Shown here one piece after another: positions 17,225 to 24,917 of a stretch of 64,000 nt of DNA. The stretch is from Obrimoposthia wandeli (taxonomy: Eukaryota). The stretch is taken from contig CDROCS010000361.1 in NCBI GenBank assembly GCA_977020255.1, forward strand, positions 310,001 through 374,000, read 5' to 3'. The position numbers were made by a program, and so were the translations under genes. Numbering within the stretch: position 1 is the stretch's first letter; each line of letters opens with the position of its first letter. The notes beneath the pieces were generated by a model. That model did no database searches. It saw only the letters and a list, made by a program, of their open reading frames with translations, and was not told where the DNA came from.

Positions 17225-17392
17225 GTTGCTAACTCCATGTATCAGAATAAAAACTTTTCATATCCCGATTCATAGCGCTTATAAAAGTACAACAATAGAA
17301 GTGATTCTTTTACGGTTTCCCGTAGTTTAAAATGTGGTTTTCCGCAGGTCTAAAAAATAGGCGTTATTTAGTGTTTTTTCGTAGTTTGATAA
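17225..17392 (-). mobile_element. Head site of the cassette array (attI-like or degenerate attC)
   Basis: G|TTAGCAAC crossover motif at 17233-17225; three direct repeats TTT(T/C)(T/C)CG(T/C)AG(T/G)T upstream; -7-like TActTTTA. Confidence 0.45.
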
Positions 17393-17643
17393 GTTATTTA
17401 TTTCTATGCACAAAAGCAAAAATCAATTTTAAATTGCTGATATTTAGAAACTTCATTTTATCCGAATAGAATTCAATAAAAATAAATTATTTGTTAACTT
17501 TTTGGTGTTCATAAGTTTTTATGTAATTAATTACCAGTCTCTTAACGCTTTTTTCTTGAAACTTTATGACTTTTGTCATCTTTTAGGTTGTATATTTGCG
17601 TGATATTTATTTCCGAAAAAACATCTTAACTACAAAAATAATA

Positions 17644-20196
17644 ATGAAATCTGAAACTGTAATTACTCCTCGAAAAACATATTCTAGAGACGAAGCTTTA
17701 AAAGCAGCTCTTAACTACTTTAAAGGCGATGAATTAGCTGCAAGTGTGTGGTTAAATAAATATGCTTTAAAAGATTCTTCCGACAATATTTATGAAAGCA
17801 CTCCTAATGAAATGCATACAAGAATTGCATCAGAAATTGCTAGAGTAGAGCAGCGATATGAAAACCCATTAACAGAATCAGAAATTTTTGATGCTATTAA
17901 AGATTTTAAATACATCGTTCCTCAAGGAAGTCCAATGGCAGGTATTGGTAATCCTTTTCAGATTGCATCTTTATCTAATTGTTTTGTAATTGGTAACAAT
18001 GGTGAGTCTGATTCTTATGGAGGAATCATGAAAATAGACCAAGAGCAGGTTCAGTTAATGAAACGTAGAGGTGGTGTTGGTCATGATTTATCTCATATTC
18101 GTCCAAAAGGATCTCCAGTAAAAAATTCAGCATTAACATCTACAGGTATTGTTCCTTTTATGGAGCGTTACTCAAACTCAACAAGAGAGGTTGCACAAGA
18201 TGGTAGAAGAGGTGCTTTAATGTTGTCTGTTTCTATCAATCATCCAGATGCAGAAGATTTTATAGATGCAAAATTAGAGCAAGGTAAAGTTACAGGTGCA
18301 AATGTTTCTGTAAGAATTGATGATGAATTTATGAAAGCCGTTAAGGCAAATGATAAGTACACACAAAAATATCCTATAAACAGTGAAAACCCTGTTTATA
18401 CGAAAGAAATAGAAGCAAATAAAATTTGGAATAAAATTGTACACAATGCATGGAAATCTGCAGAGCCAGGAATTTTATTCTGGGATACAATTATTAACGA
18501 ATCTGTGCCAGATTGTTATGCAGATTTAGGCTATAAAACGGTTTCTACAAACCCTTGTGGTGAGATTCCTTTATGTCCTTATGATTCTTGTCGTTTATTA
18601 GCAATTAACTTGTTTTCTTATGTAGAAAATCCTTTTACAAAAGAAGCAGAATTCAATTTTGAATTATTTAAAAAGCATATTGTTATTGCGCAAAGAATGA
18701 TGGATGACATCATTGATTTAGAATTAGAAAAAATTGATGCAATTATTGCAAAGATAGATTCTGACCCAGAGGAAGATGATGTAAAAGCAACGGAAAGAAA
18801 TCTTTGGGCTAATATTAAACATAAAGCAGACGAAGGTAGAAGAACAGGTATTGGTATTACTGCAGAAGGAGATATGTTAGCTGCTTTAGGAATTCGTTAC
18901 GGAAGTGAAGAAGGAAATACTTTTTCTACAGAAGTGCATAAAGTATTAGGTATAGAAACGTATAGAGCATCAGTAAATTTAGCAAAAGAAAGAGGCGCAT
19001 TCGCAATTTTTGATGCAGATAGAGAAAAGAATAATCCGTTTATTTTAAGAATTAAAGAAGCAGATCCAGAGTTGTATTACAACATGTTAGAACATGGACG
19101 TAGAAATATTGCTTTGTTAACAATTGCGCCAACAGGAACTACGAGTTTAATGACGCAAACTTCATCTGGAATTGAGCCTGTATTTATGCCTGTTTATAAG
19201 CGTAGAAAAAAGGTGAATCCTAATGATAAAGGAACAAGAGTAGATTTTGTTGATGAATTAGGAGATTCTTGGGAAGAATATGTTGTTTTTCACCACCGTT
19301 TTAAACAATGGATGGAGGTAAATAATATAGATTCTAGTAAGAATTTTTCTCAAGAAGAAATTGATGAATTGGTAAAACAATCGCCATATTATAAAGCTAC
19401 TTCTAATGATATTGATTGGGATAGTAAAGTAAAAATGCAAGGAGCTATTCAAAAATGGGTAGATCATTCTATTAGTGTAACGGTTAATTTACCGAATGAT
19501 GCAACAGAAGAATTGGTTGGTGAATTGTATTTAAAAGCTTGGGAAGTTGGTTGTAAAGGAGTCACTGTTTATAGAGATGGTTCTCGCTCTGGTGTTTTAA
19601 TTTCTGCGGATGAAAAGAAAGAGGATTCTGACAAAGAAGAAAAAGTTTTTCCTAATAAAAGACCACAAGTTTTAGAAGCAGATGTTGTTCGTTTTCAGAA
19701 TAGTAAAGAAAAATGGATTGCTTTTATCGGTTTGGTAGATGGTAAACCTTATGAAATTTTTACAGGATTAGCAGATGATGAAGATGGAATTTTAATTCCT
19801 CGTTGGGCAGAAAGCGGTGTAATCATTAAAAGTAAAAATGAAGACGGAACAACGCGTTACGATTTTCAATATGAAAATAGAAGAGGTTACAAAACAACGA
19901 TTGAAGGGTTGTCTCATAAATTTAACCCTGAATTTTGGAACTATGCAAAATTAATTTCAGGTACCATGCGTCATGGAATGCCAATTGATAAAACGATAGA
20001 GCTAATTAGCAGTTTACAGTTAGATAGTGCGTTTATCAATTCTTGGAAAAATGGTGTTGCTCGTGCATTAAAACGTTACGTTACAGATGGTACAAAAGCA
20101 AAAGGACATACTTGTGATAACTGCGATTCTGGTAATTTAATTTATCAAGAAGGTTGTTTAACATGTAAAGATTGTGGTTCTTCTAAATGTGGATAA
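17644..20196 (+). CDS. nrdJ: Class II adenosylcobalamin-dependent ribonucleotide reductase
   Basis: SLSNCFV, STNPCGEIPL, IAPTGTTS, KGVTVYRDGSR, C-terminal TSCPD/Zn ribbon (CDNC..EGCLTCKDCGSSKCG); TATATTTG -7 box at 17591-98. Confidence 0.93.
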   Translation: MKSETVITPRKTYSRDEALKAALNYFKGDELAASVWLNKYALKDSSDNIYESTPNEMHTRIASEIARVEQRYENPLTESEIFDAIKDFKYIVPQGSPMAGIGNPFQIASLSNCFVIGNNGESDSYGGIMKIDQEQVQLMKRRGGVGHDLSHIRPKGSPVKNSALTSTGIVPFMERYSNSTREVAQDGRRGALMLSVSINHPDAEDFIDAKLEQGKVTGANVSVRIDDEFMKAVKANDKYTQKYPINSENPVYTKEIEANKIWNKIVHNAWKSAEPGILFWDTIINESVPDCYADLGYKTVSTNPCGEIPLCPYDSCRLLAINLFSYVENPFTKEAEFNFELFKKHIVIAQRMMDDIIDLELEKIDAIIAKIDSDPEEDDVKATERNLWANIKHKADEGRRTGIGITAEGDMLAALGIRYGSEEGNTFSTEVHKVLGIETYRASVNLAKERGAFAIFDADREKNNPFILRIKEADPELYYNMLEHGRRNIALLTIAPTGTTSLMTQTSSGIEPVFMPVYKRRKKVNPNDKGTRVDFVDELGDSWEEYVVFHHRFKQWMEVNNIDSSKNFSQEEIDELVKQSPYYKATSNDIDWDSKVKMQGAIQKWVDHSISVTVNLPNDATEELVGELYLKAWEVGCKGVTVYRDGSRSGVLISADEKKEDSDKEEKVFPNKRPQVLEADVVRFQNSKEKWIAFIGLVDGKPYEIFTGLADDEDGILIPRWAESGVIIKSKNEDGTTRYDFQYENRRGYKTTIEGLSHKFNPEFWNYAKLISGTMRHGMPIDKTIELISSLQLDSAFINSWKNGVARALKRYVTDGTKAKGHTCDNCDSGNLIYQEGCLTCKDCGSSKCG

Positions 20197-20215
20197 ACGA
20201 TTGTTAATGATATTT

Positions 20216-20255
20216 AAAAACTCCAAATACGATACACTGTATTTGGAGTTTTTTT
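20216..20255. terminator. Bidirectional terminator (copy 4 of the palindrome family, different loop)
   Basis: aaaaactccaaatac-gatacact-gtatttggagttttt between convergent nrdJ and yhdH. Confidence 0.8.
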
Positions 20256-20320
20256 TAGCTAAAATTTGAATTGTTATTTTGTATTTGCATACAACTGGAG
20301 GACTTATTTAAGAATTCATT

Positions 20321-21319
20321 TTATTGATCAATTCTAACTACGGTTCTTCCTTTTAACTGCCCTTTAAGCATTAGGTTTATTTTTTCGTCTAATTCATGTA
20401 AAGATATTTCAGTAGCAGTTTCTGTTAAACTGTCTGTTTTCCACTCGTCAGATAATTTATTCCAAACAAGTTCTCTCGTTTTCATTGGTAAGTTTTGAGA
20501 ATCAATACCAATTAAAGAAATTCCTCTTAAAATAAATGGGAAAACAGTTAAATCTAATTTAGGAGAAGCAACATTACCACAACAAGTAACAACACCCATC
20601 GGATTTACAGATTTTATAATATTATCTAGAATTACACCCCCAACAGTATCAATTGCTCCTGCAAAAGCGGGTTTTAAAAGTGGTCTTTTATTAACTTCTT
20701 CAAAATCTTTACGTAGAATAATTTCATCAGCGCCCAATTTCTTTAAAAAATCAGTTTCAGTTTCTTTACCAGTAATGGCAACTGTTTTATATCCTAATTT
20801 ATTCAAAATAGAAATACTTACAGATCCTACACCTCCAGTTGCTCCAGAAACAACAATTGCTCCATCTTCTGGTTTTACAGATGCTATCAATTTTAATACA
20901 GAAATACCTGCAGTTAATCCTGCTGTACCAATTGTCATTGCTTCTTTCATAGAAAGATTTTCTGGTAATTTAACAGCCCATTCTTCAGGTACTTTAACAA
21001 ACTGAGCAAACCCTCCATCTGTATTCATTCCTAAATCGTAACTCGTTACAATAACGTTTTCATTTACTTTAAATTTACTAGATTCAGATGCAACGATGGT
21101 TCCAACAACATCAATACCTGGTGTATGAGGATAGTTTCTAGTAACTCCTTTATTACCAGAAGCAGACAAAGCATCTTTGTAATTTAAAGAGCTGTAATGT
21201 ACTTTAATTCGTAATTCGCCTTTCTCTAAAAAAGTAAAAGGAACTTCTTTAATCGAAGAGATAAATTTGTCCTCTTTTTCTTCTACTCTAAATGCTTTAT
21301 ATGTTGTTTTAATATTCAT
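20321..21319 (-). CDS. YhdH/AcuI-family NADPH oxidoreductase (acryloyl-CoA reductase-like)
   Basis: YSSLNYKDAL, PGIDVVG, GTAGLTA, SGATGGVGS, PFILRGISLIGIDS. Confidence 0.85.
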   Translation of the reverse strand: MNIKTTYKAFRVEEKEDKFISSIKEVPFTFLEKGELRIKVHYSSLNYKDALSASGNKGVTRNYPHTPGIDVVGTIVASESSKFKVNENVIVTSYDLGMNTDGGFAQFVKVPEEWAVKLPENLSMKEAMTIGTAGLTAGISVLKLIASVKPEDGAIVVSGATGGVGSVSISILNKLGYKTVAITGKETETDFLKKLGADEIILRKDFEEVNKRPLLKPAFAGAIDTVGGVILDNIIKSVNPMGVVTCCGNVASPKLDLTVFPFILRGISLIGIDSQNLPMKTRELVWNKLSDEWKTDSLTETATEISLHELDEKINLMLKGQLKGRTVVRIDQ

Positions 21320-21458
21320 GCCGATATTTTATATGTTTTGCTTATTTTTGCATCAAAATTAGGTTAATATAACCTGATATACAAGACCTTACAATTGATG
21401 CACCTACGAACATTTTGTGCTATTTTGTATGTCTACTTAGTGTTTAAGCAGAAAAAAA

Positions 21459-21776
21459 ATGAAAAAAAGTTATTGCCCTATTGATACTTTCATAAATACC
21501 ATAAAAGGTAAGAGAAAAGGAACCATTATTTTGCATTTATATCAAGGAGATAAAAGATATAGTGAGCTCGTAAGATTAATGCCAGATATTAGCGAACGCA
21601 TGATGACCAAGCAATTGAAAGAGTTAAAAGAAGATGGTTTAATTGAAAGAGAAGTATTTGCTGAAGTGCCACCTAGAGTAGAATATAGTTTAACTGAGTT
21701 AGGTAGAAATATTCGCCCTGTTTTAAAAGGAATGTATAAAGGAGGAATGCTTTTTGAAGAAAGTTTAGAAGAATAA
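21459..21776 (+). CDS. HxlR-family winged-helix regulator
   Basis: CPI...IKGK.KG.IILHL...RYSEL...ISERMMTKQLKEL.EDGLIERE..AEVPPRVEYSLT; divergent from yhdH. Confidence 0.9.
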   Translation: MKKSYCPIDTFINTIKGKRKGTIILHLYQGDKRYSELVRLMPDISERMMTKQLKELKEDGLIEREVFAEVPPRVEYSLTELGRNIRPVLKGMYKGGMLFEESLEE

Positions 21777-21799
21777 TTACTGAATTATTTTAGCTTTCG

Positions 21800-22510
21800 T
21801 TAATTTAGAATTCCCATAAAAATTGATACATAATACAAGCCTGTCAATATAAAAACAACACCTGCTACAATTCGCATTACCTTTTCAATTTTTGTAATGC
21901 TATTAAAAAACACACCAACTTTCCCCGCTGTAAAAGCTAATAAATAAGTGAATAGAATTACAGGTAATCCTGTCCCAATTGCGAAAATAATTGGTAAATA
22001 AAGTCCGTCTGCGGATGCAATTGTCATCGGAATTAAAATTCCGAAAAACAAAGCGCCACTATAAGGGCAAAATGCCAAAGCAAAAACAACACCTATTAAG
22101 AAAGAACCTAACAAACCTTTGTCTTTAAATTTTTCTGAAAGCTTTTCTTGAAAACTAGATTTTCCTAGAAAGTTAAGTTTGATAATATTTAGCATTATCA
22201 AACCAATTATAATTAATAAAGGTCCTAAGAATTTTTCTCCATTCTGATTAAAAAACCGTGCAATATGGAATTTACTTGCGCCAAAATATAATATCAAGCC
22301 AATTACAGTATAACTAAATCCTCTACCTAAAGAGTATAACAATCCGCTTAAAAAAACTTTCTTTTTGCTAGAAATGTTTTTAGAAATAAAAGCAGTTGCA
22401 GTAATGTTGGTTGCTAAAGGACAAGGACTAACGGCTGTCATTAGTCCGAGTATAAATGCGGATACTATTGGAAAGTTATAATTCTCTAAAAGAGATTGTA
22501 AAAAATCCAT
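21800..22510 (-). CDS. arsG: ArsG-like efflux permease (DsbD/CcdA-like)
   Basis: GLMTAVSPCPLATN, FALAFCPYSG; multiple TMs; last gene of the ArsR operon. Confidence 0.7.
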   Translation of the reverse strand: MDFLQSLLENYNFPIVSAFILGLMTAVSPCPLATNITATAFISKNISSKKKVFLSGLLYSLGRGFSYTVIGLILYFGASKFHIARFFNQNGEKFLGPLLIIIGLIMLNIIKLNFLGKSSFQEKLSEKFKDKGLLGSFLIGVVFALAFCPYSGALFFGILIPMTIASADGLYLPIIFAIGTGLPVILFTYLLAFTAGKVGVFFNSITKIEKVMRIVAGVVFILTGLYYVSIFMGILN

Positions 22511-22954
22511 TTAGAGTGCCTTTAATTCCGTGTCAATTTTATCTTTTAGTTCTTTAGAAAATACTTCTTGATCGTTTCCGTTCATAAAAGCAAAATCAGT
22601 TAAGTTTATCTGAGTTTCCTTTCCTTTTTTGATCACATTTAAGATTAGCGATGTTCCTGAAGCTTCAAATTTTTCAGCAACCTTTTCGTTTTCTTTTTCA
22701 TCAACATTAATAACTTGAAATGTAATTTTATCAGCTTTTAATTCTTCTGAAAAATAAGTGTTTAAAGTATATTTTGTGTTTTTTTCAATTGCATTACACG
22801 TCATACATCTATGTGTAGAATGAAAATCTAAAACTTCAATTTTAGAAATAGATGCATCTAAAGAAGCATTGGAGTCTTTTTTACTTTGTCCATTACAAGC
22901 TGTAAGCAATATGGTAATAGCGATTACTGATAAAAATTTGATTGTTTTACGCAT
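22511..22954 (-). CDS. arsF: ArsF-like thioredoxin-fold lipoprotein
   Basis: Lipobox LTAC; FHSTHRCMTC motif. Confidence 0.65.
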   Translation of the reverse strand: MRKTIKFLSVIAITILLTACNGQSKKDSNASLDASISKIEVLDFHSTHRCMTCNAIEKNTKYTLNTYFSEELKADKITFQVINVDEKENEKVAEKFEASGTSLILNVIKKGKETQINLTDFAFMNGNDQEVFSKELKDKIDTELKAL

Positions 22955-22993
22955 GACTTTCTTTTTATTTTGTGAATTTTCTGTTTTATATTT

Positions 22994-23971
22994 TTATAAG
23001 ATGATGTTGAATAGATATCCAGAAATGATTATACAAAGCGTTACAACTCCAAAAAAGATTCCAATCAATTTTAAACTCATCACTTTCTTTAAAAGCATTG
23101 CTTCTGGTAATGATAAACCAACAACGCCCATCATAAATGCAATTGCGGTTCCTAAAGGGATTCCTTTTGCGACTAAAACCTGAGCAACAGGCAATATACC
23201 TGAAGCATTAGAATACATTGGTACCGCTAAAATAGTTGCAATTGGTACTGCAAATAAATTATCTTTTGCCATGTATTGTTCAAAGAAACCTTCGGGAATA
23301 TAACCGTGCATTAATCCTCCAATAGCAATACCAACAATTACATAAGGAATAATACCTTTTAAAATAGTTAGTACTTCAGTCCAAATTATTGGAAGTCGCT
23401 GTTTTAAAGATGTTTTATCAGCAATAAATGCATCTTGTTCTCTTTGTGCATTTGCTAAAATTTCTTTTACCCAAGGTGTTAAATAAGTTTCTAATTTTAG
23501 TTTTTGAAGAATTACGCCAGAAATAGTTCCTAATAAAATTCCACTAACCACATATATGATGGTGGTTTTAATACCGAATAATCCAATAAAAAGTCCAATA
23601 GCAACTTCATTGACCAAAGGAGACGTAATTAAAAAAGCAAAAGTAACGCCCAATGGAATTCCTCCTCTTACAAAACCAATAAATAATGGTACTGATGAGC
23701 AAGAACAAAAAGGAGTTACAACACCAAATAGACTTGCCATTAAGTATTCTAAACCATATAATTTATTTCTAGAAAGGTAGTTTTTAACTTTGTCTATAGG
23801 AAAGTAACTGTTTACAATTCCCATTAAAAAGATGATCACAAAAAGGAGTATTAAAATTTTTGTGGTGTCGTAAATAAAGAAGTTCAGGGCTTCTGCTAAA
23901 TGTTGTCCTTTGTTTAAATTTAAAACATCATAGACAAACCAATCGGCTATATTTTGTATCCAGTCAAACAT
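22994..23971 (-). CDS. arsP: Permease (ArsP/DUF318 family)
   Basis: TPFCSCSSVP, FLITSPLVN, VPMYSNASG, LSLPEAMLL. Confidence 0.8.
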   Translation of the reverse strand: MFDWIQNIADWFVYDVLNLNKGQHLAEALNFFIYDTTKILILLFVIIFLMGIVNSYFPIDKVKNYLSRNKLYGLEYLMASLFGVVTPFCSCSSVPLFIGFVRGGIPLGVTFAFLITSPLVNEVAIGLFIGLFGIKTTIIYVVSGILLGTISGVILQKLKLETYLTPWVKEILANAQREQDAFIADKTSLKQRLPIIWTEVLTILKGIIPYVIVGIAIGGLMHGYIPEGFFEQYMAKDNLFAVPIATILAVPMYSNASGILPVAQVLVAKGIPLGTAIAFMMGVVGLSLPEAMLLKKVMSLKLIGIFFGVVTLCIIISGYLFNIIL

Positions 23972-24055
23972 TTTTAATTTGCTTAATTGCACTAAAAAAA
24001 GTACAAATCATTTTACAGTATTATAGAAAAAACGAAACTTTTTAATACTCTTTTT

Positions 24056-24292
24056 TTACTTTAAAAGTGCCAATACTTCCTCTTTTGAAGGAACTCTGCC
24101 TTTTATTGCAATCACATTATCTATCACCAAAGCAGGTGTACTCATTACATTAAATTCCATAATTTCCATAATATCTTCTACCTTTTCAATAGTTGCATCA
24201 ATATTATTTTCTAAAACTACTTCTTTAACAATATTGGTCATAGATTGACATTTTGGACAACCTGTACCTAAAACTTTAATTACTTTACTCAT
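24056..24292 (-). CDS. Small thioredoxin-family protein (ArsE-like)
   Basis: IKVLGTGCPKC...VMSTPALVID. Confidence 0.8.
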   Translation of the reverse strand: MSKVIKVLGTGCPKCQSMTNIVKEVVLENNIDATIEKVEDIMEIMEFNVMSTPALVIDNVIAIKGRVPSKEEVLALLK

Positions 24293-24343
24293 ACTATTTA
24301 AATTTGTTTATCGCCAATAGGCGTTGTAATTATTAAAAAAATA

Positions 24344-24649
24344 TCAATCGAAAAATTGTTGAAATAGTGTTTTTGCAATCTTCCAGTTTTCTTGATTGAT
24401 ACAATACTTTATTTTGGGTGGTTTTAATTCTCCTTGAATAAGACCAGCATTTTTTAACTCTTTAAGATGTTGAGAAATTGTAGATTGTGCCAACGGAAAA
24501 ACTTCAACCAAATCACCTGTAAAACAACAAGACTGGTTTTCTAAATGTTTTAAAATTGCAATACGGGTTGGGTGTGCCAAAGCTTTTGCAAACATTGCCA
24601 GCGTTTCAGTATCTTCTTTGTATGCTATGGGTTCTAAATTTCTTTTCAT
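24344..24649 (-). CDS. arsR: ArsR/SmtB family repressor
   Basis: AKALAHPTRIAIL...SCCFTGDL...LAQSTISQHLKELKNAGLI...YCIN; start 24649 downstream of the TAcaTTTG box. Confidence 0.88.
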   Translation of the reverse strand: MKRNLEPIAYKEDTETLAMFAKALAHPTRIAILKHLENQSCCFTGDLVEVFPLAQSTISQHLKELKNAGLIQGELKPPKIKYCINQENWKIAKTLFQQFFD

Positions 24650-24658
24650 AATGTCTAT

Positions 24659-24707
24659 CGCAAATGTACGATTGGTTTTTGTGGTTAAATGTGACATTTG
24701 TCACATT
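24659..24707 (-). promoter_or_regulatory. ars promoter and candidate ArsR operator
   Basis: -7 box TACATTTG on the minus strand (~24661-24668); inverted repeat aatgtgaca-tt-tgtcacatt at 24688-24707. Confidence 0.6.
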
Positions 24708-24917
24708 CGTATTTTTTTAATTGATTTTATCAGAAGACAATGATGTTCACTTTTATAAAAAAGTTCTATTATAAAAATTTAGAGTTATACCTTTCAAAAA
24801 CAAACTCAACCTTAAAATTATCAGCAGCTACAATTTTTTATGAATACAGGAATATTCAGGCTTTTAATTAATTAGATGCTGTCATTTTTTTAACCCGAAT
24901 TACTTTAGGAATTTCTA

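Noticed and set aside
17393-17643. Integron integrase gene next to the array
   Set aside because: Only a 9-codon ORF (MHKSKNQF*) lies on the divergent strand, and no tyrosine-recombinase motif was seen anywhere in the window
17400-17643. Cobalamin riboswitch upstream of nrdJ
   Set aside because: No B12-box or GC-rich stems; the promoter -7 box is only ~45 nt from the start codon
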